A stretch of DNA of 64,000 bases from positions 352,001 to 416,000 of the forward strand of contig CAWFJJ010000001.1 in the NCBI GenBank assembly GCA_963816185.1. Direction: 5' to 3'. The stretch comes from Thermoanaerobaculia bacterium. GTDB lineage: Bacteria > Acidobacteriota > Thermoanaerobaculia > UBA5066. The number at the start of each line of letters is the position of its first letter. Positions within the stretch are counted from its first letter, which is position 1. The notes beneath the pieces were generated by a model. That model was not told where the DNA came from. It did no database searches and was given only the letters and a program-made list of their open reading frames with translations. The translations under genes and the position numbers were made by a program. Shown one piece after another: positions 1 through 8,522 of the stretch.

Positions 1-303
1 AAGCTCGGGAGCGGGGGCGAAGGTGATAGTCCGCTCGGCGCGGATCTCGAGCGCGCGGCGGACCTCGGGTGGGACGAGGAAGAGCGGTGCGGCTGTGGGT
101 GCTACCAGCGAGGCGATCGCGCAGGCCGCGCAGGGGTGCTCCTTCTCCGGCACGAACGGCGCATGCGCGGGATGGTCCGGCGGGAAGAGGAACGTGCCGT
201 GCGACAGCGTCTCGAAGCCGTCGACGTGCCCGAACGCGCCGCCGAGAGCGATCGGCGCGAGGGCGAGGACGACCAGCAGGCGCCGGAACCGGGTCAATCG
301 CAC
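1..303 (-). CDS. DUF2946/CruR-like putative leader peptide, 3' end outside the window
   Basis: Manual translation from GTG at 303 gives MRLTRFRRLLVVLALAPIALGGAFGHVDGFETLSHGTFLFPPDHPAHAPFVPEKEHPCAACAIASL... It has a signal-like N-terminus, a His-rich segment and CxxC, and is a paralog of 2991..3326. TAGGAT lies 6 nt upstream of the start. Confidence 0.75.
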   Translation of the reverse strand, partial: MRLTRFRRLLVVLALAPIALGGAFGHVDGFETLSHGTFLFPPDHPAHAPFVPEKEHPCAACAIASLVAPTAAPLFLVPPEVRRALEIRAERTITFAPAPEL

Positions 304-338
304 CCTTGAATCCTACACGAGCCCATTCTTCGAACCTC

Positions 339-2426
339 TTACGGAAGGATCGTTCTCGGGTCGTTCGTGGTGTTGTCGATGACCGCGGCATACGTCGCGA
401 TCTGCGCGCCGGCCGTCGCGGTCGACACGACGAGGACCGCGTTCGTCGTGCCGAAAGGCGCGAGAAGCGTGGTGACGACGTTGCCGACCTGCGTCATCCC
501 GAGCGGGGGCAGCGTCCGGGTCGTGGTGCCGAAAGTCGAGCCGTCCGCAGCGAGCAGCGTGAGCGTGACGTCCACGCTCAAGGCCGTCGCGTTCGCGAGG
601 ACGACGTTCGTGCGGAATGCCGTGTCGTCACGAAGGCCGATGAGCGCTTTGGGCGTGCCCGGCATGACGAGGTCGTTCGCGCCCTCGGCCGGAACGGACT
701 GGCCGAAAGTGCCGGCGCCGCCCGCCGCCGGTGTCGAGGTCTGGCTGACCACTTTGAGCGACGCCGAGTCGGCTGTGATCAAGATCGCGCCATAGTTCTG
801 GGGATCCGTGGGGCTGACCCCGAAGAGCGAGGCGAGAATGTCGGCATAGGTCACGGCCTTGTTCGCCGCGAGCGCGCGGACCTGCTTCGGGCCCCCGGTG
901 CCGTCCTGGTCGTGGCCCAGGAACTGGAGCGTGAGATTCGCGTCCGTCGTGCCGCGGTTCGCGATCGTCAGGTCCGTCGTGTAGAAGGCGCCGTTCTTGC
1001 CGGCGGCGTGGGCGCTCGAGGGCAGGATGTACGTGGTCGTCGGGCCGCCCGAGCCGGCGAACCAGCCGATGTCGTTGAACAGGGGAAGTGTGGCGTCGAC
1101 TCCGCTCGGCAGGTCGGACGAGATGTACGGCTCCATGAGAAGGCTCGGGGACGCCGTCGAGTCGAAGTGCGACACCGACGAACCCTGTACATACGGGTTC
1201 GGTGCGTAGAGAAGCAGGCGGCCGGCGGCGTCCGTGCCGGCGAGAAGCGTCGGGTCCGTACCCAGATTTGCCGAATCGGGCAGGTTCGCGCGGAGGGTCG
1301 CGCCGTCGCTCATGGTGACGAGGATGGACGGGATCGTGATCGTGGCGTCCGTGCCGGACATTCCGAACAGAGGCTCGGTCGTGTTGTCCGCGATGATGGC
1401 GCCGATCGCGCCCGCGTTCTGGGCGTTCTTGGCCTTGACTGTAAAATTACAGGTTCCGCGGTCGATGAGCGCGATCTGGCCGGAGACATTCGACGTGATC
1501 GGGCTGCACCCGTCCGTGGCGAATCCGTAGAGGGCCGCGACGATCTGCCCGGTGACGCCCGGGTTTGAGAGCGCCGGCCCGAAGGAGGCGGTGCCGACGG
1601 AGTAGGAGCCGGACGCCGCCCCAGCGGTCACGAGAAGGCGCCGCCTCTTGCCGAGATACGTGCCCGCGAACGCGTTCGCCGCCGTCCCCGACCACGTCAG
1701 GTTGCCCGTGTTGAGCTCGGACGCCGCGCGCTCGGCGTCCGTGAGCTTGTCCCACGTCTTACCGAGCGTGTCGTCGTAGATGAAGCGGTCGAAGATGGTC
1801 GGCTGCGGCGTCGGCTGCGATGACGTGCTGCCGAGGAGCGCGCCCGTCGAATCCACGCCCGAGAAGAACCCGAGCCCGTGGGCGAACTCGTGTACGGCGA
1901 CCGAGAGGAAATTGATGTCCGACCCGGCGAGGTTGTCGAGGCCGAGGTAAAACGAGAGACCCGTCAGGCAGCCTGTCTGTCCGAGGCTGCTGTTGAAACG
2001 CGCCGTCATGTCGACCGTGGCGGGGTCCTGGTCAGAACCCACGAACTTGTTCGCGAGAGCCTTCGCGTACCACGTTCCCGCGACGGGGGCACCCGCAAAA
2101 TCGGCGTAGACCGTATTCGCGTAGGTCGATCCGAGGATGCCGGAGGTCGCGCTGCACGCGAGGGGAGTAAAGCTCGCGCTCACGCGGATCGTGACATTGC
2201 TCGTCAGGAGCCCTCCCCAGATCGCGCCGGCCTGCTGGAATACGTTGAGGCGTTGCTGCCCGAGCGTCGTGCCCGTGTTGCCGCCGACGGGCGAGACCGG
2301 AGTCGGGTCGTTGAGGCCGGTTCCCGCAGGATCGGAATTGACGATGACGAAAGCCGCGCCGGCGAAAAGCGGCCGGGCGGCGAGAGACGCAAGGAGGAGG
2401 AGCGGCAAGAGCGAGCGTCGCGCCAT
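339..2426 (-). CDS. Secreted zinc metalloprotease with an inserted PA domain and a C-terminal accessory domain
   Basis: Signal peptide, HEFAHGLGF zinc motif, PA domain (IALIDRGTCNFTVKAKNAQNAGA), a later SVSHFD...LLMEP segment, and a C-terminal ~230-aa module shared with 25115..27928. Confidence 0.85.
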   Translation of the reverse strand: MARRSLLPLLLLASLAARPLFAGAAFVIVNSDPAGTGLNDPTPVSPVGGNTGTTLGQQRLNVFQQAGAIWGGLLTSNVTIRVSASFTPLACSATSGILGSTYANTVYADFAGAPVAGTWYAKALANKFVGSDQDPATVDMTARFNSSLGQTGCLTGLSFYLGLDNLAGSDINFLSVAVHEFAHGLGFFSGVDSTGALLGSTSSQPTPQPTIFDRFIYDDTLGKTWDKLTDAERAASELNTGNLTWSGTAANAFAGTYLGKRRRLLVTAGAASGSYSVGTASFGPALSNPGVTGQIVAALYGFATDGCSPITSNVSGQIALIDRGTCNFTVKAKNAQNAGAIGAIIADNTTEPLFGMSGTDATITIPSILVTMSDGATLRANLPDSANLGTDPTLLAGTDAAGRLLLYAPNPYVQGSSVSHFDSTASPSLLMEPYISSDLPSGVDATLPLFNDIGWFAGSGGPTTTYILPSSAHAAGKNGAFYTTDLTIANRGTTDANLTLQFLGHDQDGTGGPKQVRALAANKAVTYADILASLFGVSPTDPQNYGAILITADSASLKVVSQTSTPAAGGAGTFGQSVPAEGANDLVMPGTPKALIGLRDDTAFRTNVVLANATALSVDVTLTLLAADGSTFGTTTRTLPPLGMTQVGNVVTTLLAPFGTTNAVLVVSTATAGAQIATYAAVIDNTTNDPRTILP

Positions 2427-2433
2427 GTTTCGC

Positions 2434-2898
2434 CTATTTCTCCCGGCTCGCGGGGGGCGGGGCGGGCTGGGGCGAGGCCTCGAGGAAGATTCGCGCCTCG
2501 TCGGCGCCGCGAACGCAGGCGCTCGTGAGGGTTCCGTCCGGGTTCTTCCGGATTACGGAAAGGCTGGCCTGATCCGGGCCGAGCCGCATCATCTTCGTTC
2601 CGTCCGGCAACGTGATGACCTGCGGCTCGGCCGCGACCAGAGGGCGTCGTCCGAGAAGCTGGCGGGCCTCTTCGGGGGTCAGGGGACGGAGTGCTCCGGT
2701 CACGGGATCGCGCGCCACGGTCAGGGAGATCCCGGGCGCGGCCGAGGGCTTCACCGTAGCGGGAGCCGCAGCCTTCCTCGTTGCGGACTCCTTCGGCGCA
2801 GCGCTTGTCGCGGGCTCGTCCGCGCGGGCCGGGAAAGAGAGGAGAAGAAAGACGAGAATCGAAGGGGCGGAATGTCGCGCCGTTCGGAGGAGGATCAT
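2434..2898 (-). CDS. Small exported protein, possibly a propeptide or partner of the protease (recalls the 'post-PEP-CTERM-1'-type family)
   Basis: Signal peptide and motifs DPVTGALRPLTPEE and VIRKNPDGTLTSACV. SD GGGAG upstream. Stops 7 nt before the protease start. Confidence 0.7.
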   Translation of the reverse strand: MILLRTARHSAPSILVFLLLSFPARADEPATSAAPKESATRKAAAPATVKPSAAPGISLTVARDPVTGALRPLTPEEARQLLGRRPLVAAEPQVITLPDGTKMMRLGPDQASLSVIRKNPDGTLTSACVRGADEARIFLEASPQPAPPPASREK

Positions 2899-2990
2899 TT
2901 GTCTGGTCTCCCTATGTCGGCAAGAGCCTGCGCCGAGAGCGAGGCTGCTCGACCTTCGAAGAAATCCGTTTTACGACTGATGAAGGTCGG

Positions 2991-3326
2991 CTACGCGCGA
3001 GCCAGGCAGGGAGGGGAGCGTCCGGGAAGCTCGGGGAGAATTGGAGCGTGCTGCACGCGCTCGGCGTGAACCGGATGCGCGAGACGGATTTCGGGCGGAC
3101 TCAGGAAGAGGGGTGCGATGACCGGCGGCAGGAGGTTTGCTACCGCGCAGGCGGCGCACGGGTGCTCCTTCTCGGGCACGAACGGCGCGTGCGCGGGGTG
3201 GTCCGGCGGGAAGAGGAACGTGCCGTGCGACAGCGTCTCCAAGCCGTCGACGTGCCCGAACGCGCCGCCGAGAGCGATCGGCGCGAGGGCCGCGAGGACG
3301 ACGATCCGGAAGAGCCGCCTTTTCAT
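2991..3326 (-). CDS. DUF2946/CruR-like leader peptide with CxxC and a RAPP-like (GRSPP) arrest motif
   Basis: 111 aa with a hydrophobic N-terminus, His-rich core, HPCAAC, a Pro-rich spacer and C-terminal PGRSPP. Confidence 0.75.
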   Translation of the reverse strand: MKRRLFRIVVLAALAPIALGGAFGHVDGLETLSHGTFLFPPDHPAHAPFVPEKEHPCAACAVANLLPPVIAPLFLSPPEIRLAHPVHAERVQHAPILPELPGRSPPCLARA

Positions 3327-3449
3327 CGCCGTTGAGATTCTATCTCGTCAGAAGAGCACGGCCGGCCCCGAGGTGTCGTTCAGCAGTTTCGGGAAAGGCT
3401 TTCACGCGGGCCTGCCCTCTTGACGAGCCGCGCCTAGAATGCGCGAGAT

Positions 3450-3824
3450 ATGCGCCGCCTGAGGGAGGTTTCGGCCGCGCTCCTCCTCGCCGTCTTGGCG
3501 ACTGCGGCCATCCTGCCGCTCGCCGCGTCGGGCGCCGCGTGCCACAGGTGCCACTGCGCGGTGCGGATGGCCTGCTGCGAGGACGGCACGTGCACGATGG
3601 GCGAGGAGCCGCCTGCGGGCGGACCCGAGTGGCGCACTTGCCGGCGCGAGGCGCCGACGTCCGCGGCGTCGGCGCTCGACGCGTTCGACCGGGCGCTGAG
3701 AGGGGGTTCCTTCGAAGGAAAAGACAGGGAGCCCGCCGCTCGAAGCGTAGAGCTTCAGCCCGCCCGGCCGCGCACCACCACACCGAATCCTGAAACGCCC
3801 CCTCCCCGCGTCTTCTCTTTCTAA
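3450..3824 (+). CDS. Cys-rich CutF-like leader peptide with a C-terminal polyproline arrest-like motif
   Basis: Signal peptide, CHRCHC...CC...C...C cluster and C-terminal PNPETPPPR. Followed by an SD-masking hairpin. Confidence 0.65.
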   Translation: MRRLREVSAALLLAVLATAAILPLAASGAACHRCHCAVRMACCEDGTCTMGEEPPAGGPEWRTCRREAPTSAASALDAFDRALRGGSFEGKDREPAARSVELQPARPRTTTPNPETPPPRVFSF

Positions 3825-3859
3825 GAAATTCCTCTCTTCGAATTTCCTCGGAAGGAGAA
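3813..3859 (+). promoter_or_regulatory. RNA hairpin predicted to sequester the Shine-Dalgarno of 3867..4868
   Basis: TTCTCTTTC (3813-3821) pairs with GAAGGAGAA (3851-3859) with one G-U pair. GAAATTC (3825-3831) pairs with GAATTTC (3840-3846). The 5' arm overlaps the last codons and stop of the leader ORF. Confidence 0.65.
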
Positions 3860-3866
3860 CCGCATC

Positions 3867-4868
3867 GTGAAGACGGTCAAGGTGTTTCGCTTTCTATGTC
3901 TCGTCCCCGCAGCTTTTCTCGTTCTCCCCTCGAACGCCGGCCTGGCCTGCGCCTGCGGCTGCAGCGTGTTCGACGTCGGCGCCGGCACGATGATGCCGGT
4001 GAGCTCCGAGTCAGGTTTCTCTCTCTGGCTCCGCTACAGCTACATGAACCAGAACCGGAACTGGGAGGGCGGCTCCCGGGCGCCGGCCTCGGACAACCCG
4101 GACGTCCAGATCAAGACCAGCTTCTACACCTTCGGAGGCAGCTACATGGTGGACCGGTCCTGGTCCGTGATGGCCGAGCTGCCGGTCTATTCCCGCAAGT
4201 TCACGTCGACCGACGACGGCACCGTCGCCGGCCCGGCCGGCAGCCTCTACACCGCCAATCTGACCGATCTCGGCGACATGTCGCTCTCGGTCATGTACAC
4301 GGGGTTCTCACCGGACATGTCGACCGGGCTTGGCCTCGGCGTCAAGCTGCCGACGGGCAACTACACGGGGCCGTCCGGCCCGCTCGGCGGCTCGGAGTTC
4401 GACCGCGACACGCTGCCCGGCACGGGCAGCACCGATCTCGTGCTGGGCTCCTATCACGTCGGCGGGCTCAATTCCGACGGCTCGCTCGCCTGGTTCGCGC
4501 AGGCGCGGTACGAGTTCGCGGCCTTCACCCGGAACGACTACCGACCCGGCAACGACCTGAACGGCGCGCTCGGGTTGACGTGGAGTTTCAGCGCCGGCGC
4601 GTCGCAGACGAGGATGACGCCGGTCCTGCAGATGATCGGAAGCTACCGGGAAAGAGACAGCGGCGCCAACTCGGACCCGGACAACTCCGGATACAAACGC
4701 CTGCTCCTCGCGCCTGGCGTCGAGGCGCGGCTCGGGAAGATCCGTCTCTACGCCGACGTCGAATTTCCCGTGTATCAATTCACCAACGCCGCGGCGAGCG
4801 GGAGCGACAAGGCGGGGCAGCTCGTGGCGTCGACGTTTCTCAAGGCGCAGATCGCGTACGATTTCTAG
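3867..4868 (+). CDS. Putative outer-membrane beta-barrel transporter with an N-terminal CxCxC motif
   Basis: Signal peptide ending AGLA, mature N-terminus CACGC, amphipathic beta pattern, GLGLGVKLPTG and PGTGSTD motifs, and a C-terminal Phe (IAYDF). Confidence 0.7.
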   Translation: MKTVKVFRFLCLVPAAFLVLPSNAGLACACGCSVFDVGAGTMMPVSSESGFSLWLRYSYMNQNRNWEGGSRAPASDNPDVQIKTSFYTFGGSYMVDRSWSVMAELPVYSRKFTSTDDGTVAGPAGSLYTANLTDLGDMSLSVMYTGFSPDMSTGLGLGVKLPTGNYTGPSGPLGGSEFDRDTLPGTGSTDLVLGSYHVGGLNSDGSLAWFAQARYEFAAFTRNDYRPGNDLNGALGLTWSFSAGASQTRMTPVLQMIGSYRERDSGANSDPDNSGYKRLLLAPGVEARLGKIRLYADVEFPVYQFTNAAASGSDKAGQLVASTFLKAQIAYDF

Positions 4869-4903
4869 ACGGCCGACGGCATGGGAGAGAACGGATTGTG
4901 AAA

Positions 4904-5416
4904 ATGACGCGCTCGGTCCTGACTTCCGCAGTGATCCTCGCGATGCTGGCCGGTCCGGCCGCGGGCGCGCCCGCGCTCGGCGAGCCGGCGCCGGCGCTCG
5001 TCGTGCCCCTGATCGATGGCGCAGGATTCGATCTCGGCGTGCTCCGCGGCAAGGTCGTGATCGTGAATTTCTGGGCGACGTGGTGCCCGCCGTGCCGGAA
5101 GGAGATGCAAGCACTCGACGCCTTCTTCGCCCGGTTCCACGCCCGCGGCGTCGAGATGGTCGGAACGAGCGTCGATCGCAAGCGGGACCGCAAGGCCGTG
5201 CTCAAGGCGGCGCGGGCGGTGCGCTATCCCGTCGCGCTTCTGGCCGACGCCGTAGCCAACGGCTTCGGCAAGCCCGCCGTCCTGCCCGTGACCTACGTCG
5301 TCGATCGGGCGGGCGTCGTCCGCGCCGTCCTGACGCCAGACGCGGGTGCGGTCACCGAGAGCTCCCTCGAACAGACCGTGGCGCCCCTCCTTTCGGGCGG
5401 TCACCCCGGCCTCTAG
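4904..5416 (+). CDS. TlpA/ResA-family thiol-disulfide oxidoreductase
   Basis: GKVVIVNFWATWCPPCRKEM motif, LPVTYVVDRAG and a signal peptide. ATG at 4904 lies within ORF 3896..5416. Confidence 0.9.
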   Translation: MTRSVLTSAVILAMLAGPAAGAPALGEPAPALVVPLIDGAGFDLGVLRGKVVIVNFWATWCPPCRKEMQALDAFFARFHARGVEMVGTSVDRKRDRKAVLKAARAVRYPVALLADAVANGFGKPAVLPVTYVVDRAGVVRAVLTPDAGAVTESSLEQTVAPLLSGGHPGL

Positions 5417-5426
5417 AATCCTCTCC

Positions 5427-6512
5427 ATGTTGAAAAGCCGTCGCGCGTTCCTCGAGGAAGTCTCGTTCGCCTCGCTCATCGCCGGTTTTCCCCTGCCCGC
5501 CCAGGCCGCGCTCGCGCGCTACGCGGAGAGGCCGCCCGACCCCGTGTACCCGAAGGCGCTGCGGCCCGGCATGACGGTCGCGCTCGTCGCGCCCTCGTCG
5601 CCCTCTTGGAATCCCGACCGGAACGACGTCGCCGTCGAGGTCGTCGAGTCGATGGGATTCAAGGCGAAGCTGTTCCCGCACGCGCGGGAAGCCACGAACT
5701 ATCTCGCGGGAAGCGACGAGCACCGCGCCGCGGACGTGAATGCCGCGTTCGCGGATTCGTCCGTCGACGCGATCTTCTGCCTGCGCGGCGGGTACGGCGC
5801 CTCGCGCATCCTCCCGCTCCTCGACTACGAGACGATCCGGAAGAACCCGAAGGTCTTCATCGGCTACAGCGACATCACCGCCCTCCTGAACGCGATCCAC
5901 CGCCTCACGGGCCTCGTGACGTTCCACGGGCCCATCGGCGGCGAGATGCAGAGCGACTACACGCTCGCGGCGTTCAAGAAGGTGCTCTCGCAGACAAGCG
6001 CGGCCGGGCGCGTCGCCGATCCGCCGCCGTTCAAGCCCTCAGAGGGGCACGTCGACGTGGAGAACCGCATCTACAGGCTCGCTCCGGGAAAAGGGAAGGG
6101 CCGGCTCGTGGGCGGCAACATCAGCGTCTTCTCCACGCTCGTGGGAACGCCGTTCGAGCCGGAGCTCAAGGGCCGCGTCCTCTTTCTCGAGGAAGTGGGC
6201 GAAGAGCCCTACCGTATCGACCGCTGGCTCACGCAGTTCCTCCTGACGGGGAAGCTCTCGGGCCTCGCCGGCGTGGCGCTGGGGAAGTTCCACGACTGCG
6301 GCCCGAAGGACTACAAGCCGAGCTTCCCCGGCATGGGCACGTGGACGTGGCAGGAAGTCTGCCGGGACCGCCTCGGCAAGCTCGGCATCCCCGTCGTCGC
6401 GAACCTCGTCTTCGGGCACGTCACCGACAAGGCGACTCTTCCGCTCGGCGTCATGGCCGAGCTCGACGGCGACGCGGGCACGCTCACGCTGCTGGAGGCC
6501 GCGGTCCGGTGA
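5427..6512 (+). CDS. LD-carboxypeptidase (peptidase S66) with a Tat signal
   Basis: SRRAFLE twin-arginine motif plus RGGYG, GYSDIT, LFLEE and FGH catalytic motifs. Confidence 0.9.
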   Translation: MLKSRRAFLEEVSFASLIAGFPLPAQAALARYAERPPDPVYPKALRPGMTVALVAPSSPSWNPDRNDVAVEVVESMGFKAKLFPHAREATNYLAGSDEHRAADVNAAFADSSVDAIFCLRGGYGASRILPLLDYETIRKNPKVFIGYSDITALLNAIHRLTGLVTFHGPIGGEMQSDYTLAAFKKVLSQTSAAGRVADPPPFKPSEGHVDVENRIYRLAPGKGKGRLVGGNISVFSTLVGTPFEPELKGRVLFLEEVGEEPYRIDRWLTQFLLTGKLSGLAGVALGKFHDCGPKDYKPSFPGMGTWTWQEVCRDRLGKLGIPVVANLVFGHVTDKATLPLGVMAELDGDAGTLTLLEAAVR

Positions 6513-7846
6513 GGCCTACGTTCGCGAACAGCGTCCTCGCAGTGGCACTGCTGTTCTCGGGCGACCCTTCTGATATGCGGCGGCTGCTCATGCAGCCGCC
6601 GATAGACGCGAATCTTTGCCCGGATGTCCGGTGTCAAGGGCGCGCTCCGCGCGCCGCGCAGCGGTCGGAGACCCTTGACTCCGGACTTCCGGGGAAGAGC
6701 GCCGGGCCCGCCGGCGCGGCCGAGACCTTGTCCGCAGCGCGGGCGCAACTCCGCGCACTCGATGAAGTCTTCCGGCGTGAGGTGAGCGAGACCGGCGTCG
6801 TGGGGGCGGCCCTGATGGTCGTGCGAGGGAGCAAGATTCTTCTCTCTTCTTATGTCGGGCTCGCCGACCGCGAGAGGAACATCCCGGCGTCGCCCGACAC
6901 GATCTGGCACTGGGCATCGATCACGAAGACGTTCACCGGCGTGACGATCATGCAGCTCCGCGACCGCGGACGCCTCTCGCTCGACGACCCGATCGTGAAA
7001 TACGTCCCGGAGCTCGCCGCCGTGCACGACCCGTTCGGAAGCGTCTCCGAGATCAAGCTCCGGCACCTCATGACGCACAGCGCCGGGTTCCGTTCGGCGA
7101 CGTTCCCGTGGGGAGGCGACAAGGACTGGCATCCGGCCGAGCCCACCCGGTGGGAGCAGGTCGCGGCGATGCTCCCGTACACGGAGATCCTCTTTCCGCC
7201 CGGATCGAAATACTCGTATTCGAATCCGGGCGTCGTGTTCCTCGGGCGCACGATCGAGGGCCTCATGGGCGAGGACTACGAGATCACGGTCGAGAAGAAC
7301 ATCTTCAAGCCCCTCGGCATGACGCGCGCGTATTTCGACCACGCCCCCTATCACCTGGCAAAGGACGTCGCGCGGGGCTACGAGATCGAGGACGGCAAGC
7401 CCAGGCCGACGCGCGCGAACTTCGACAGCGGGATCACGGTCTCGAACGGGGGCCTGAACGCGCCGATCGGCGACCTCGCGAAGTGGATCGCCTTTCTCGC
7501 GGGAGACGGCCCGTACCCCGTCCTCGCGCGGGCGTCGCTCGAGGAGATGTGGACGCCGGTTCTCCCGACGGGGCGCGCGGGTCCGGGAACCGAGTCCGTG
7601 GGCCTCTCCTTCTTCGTCGAGGACCGGGACGGCGTGCGCTACGTCGGGCACGAGGGCGGCCAGAACGGCTTCATCAGCCATTTCTTTCTCGACCCGAAGT
7701 CGAAGCTCGGCTACGTCGTCGTCTACAACACGTCCGTCTCGGATCCGACGAAGACCTGGGACAAGAACCTCACGCGCGCGTTCGACCGTCGTCTCAAGGA
7801 TCTGATGTTCACGGGCGTCTTCCCGGCGCTCCGTGGGGAACGTTGA
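6509..7846 (+). CDS. Serine hydrolase of the beta-lactamase family, with an in-frame palindromic insertion near the N-terminus
   Basis: SxxK (WASITK), LMTHSAG, YSN and HEGG motifs. The GTG start overlaps the upstream stop. Confidence 0.85.
   Translation: MRPTFANSVLAVALLFSGDPSDMRRLLMQPPIDANLCPDVRCQGRAPRAAQRSETLDSGLPGKSAGPAGAAETLSAARAQLRALDEVFRREVSETGVVGAALMVVRGSKILLSSYVGLADRERNIPASPDTIWHWASITKTFTGVTIMQLRDRGRLSLDDPIVKYVPELAAVHDPFGSVSEIKLRHLMTHSAGFRSATFPWGGDKDWHPAEPTRWEQVAAMLPYTEILFPPGSKYSYSNPGVVFLGRTIEGLMGEDYEITVEKNIFKPLGMTRAYFDHAPYHLAKDVARGYEIEDGKPRPTRANFDSGITVSNGGLNAPIGDLAKWIAFLAGDGPYPVLARASLEEMWTPVLPTGRAGPGTESVGLSFFVEDRDGVRYVGHEGGQNGFISHFFLDPKSKLGYVVVYNTSVSDPTKTWDKNLTRAFDRRLKDLMFTGVFPALRGER
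6571..6697. repeat. Palindromic dispersed repeat, copy A (in-frame within a CDS)
   Basis: Reverse complement of 44385-44505. Long stem GTCAAGGG...CCCTTGAC plus a perfect 10-bp hairpin at 6578-6601. Confidence 0.85.
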
Positions 7847-7847
7847 C

Positions 7848-8501
7848 GTGGCCGATCCCGACTCCCGTGCCGGCCAGAGGTACACGACGCCCGAGATCCT
7901 CGACTGGGTGGCGCGTGTGCACGCCCCGCACGACGAGGCGCTCGCTCGCGCGTTCGACGCGCCGGACAAACATGGCATGCCGGCCATCCAGCTCGGACCC
8001 TCGGAGGGAAAGGCGCTCGAGCTCCTCCTGAAGCTCGCCGGCGCGCGGCAGGTAGTGGAGGTCGGAACGCTCGCCGGCTACTCGGCGATTCGCGCCGCGC
8101 GGGCTCTGCCCTTGGACGGGCACGTCCACACCGTCGAGTTCGACCCGAAGCATGCGCGCGTCGCGCGCGAGAACGTCGAGGCCGCGGGTCTCTCGGAGAC
8201 CATCACCGTTCACGAGGGCCGGGCTCTGGACGTCTTGCCGCGGTTCGTCCACTTCGGCCCCTTCGACGCCGTCTTCATCGACGCGGACAAGGGCAACTAC
8301 GACCGGTACGGGCGCTGGGCGGCCGAGAACACGCGCGCGGGCGGCCTCCTCGTCGGCGACAACGCCTTCCTCTTCGGGCGCCTTCTCGAGGACTCACCCG
8401 AGGCCGCTGCGATGCGCCGTTTTCACGAGGAAGCGCGAGCTCACTACGACACGGTCTGCCTGCCGACGCCGGACGGCATGCTGCTCGGCGTCCGGCGCTG
8501 A
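7848..8501 (+). CDS. SAM-dependent O-methyltransferase (caffeoyl-CoA OMT-like)
   Basis: VEVGTLAGYS, FDAVFIDADKGNY and GGLLVGDN motifs. Confidence 0.9.
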   Translation: MADPDSRAGQRYTTPEILDWVARVHAPHDEALARAFDAPDKHGMPAIQLGPSEGKALELLLKLAGARQVVEVGTLAGYSAIRAARALPLDGHVHTVEFDPKHARVARENVEAAGLSETITVHEGRALDVLPRFVHFGPFDAVFIDADKGNYDRYGRWAAENTRAGGLLVGDNAFLFGRLLEDSPEAAAMRRFHEEARAHYDTVCLPTPDGMLLGVRR

Positions 8502-8522
8502 TTGCCGCTTGCTTCCGCGATC

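Noticed and set aside
1-3326. Direct repeat 118-264 / 3144-3290 as ends of a mobile element
   Set aside because: Differences follow codon positions of a small ORF, so this is gene paralogy. No transposase or terminal repeats were seen.
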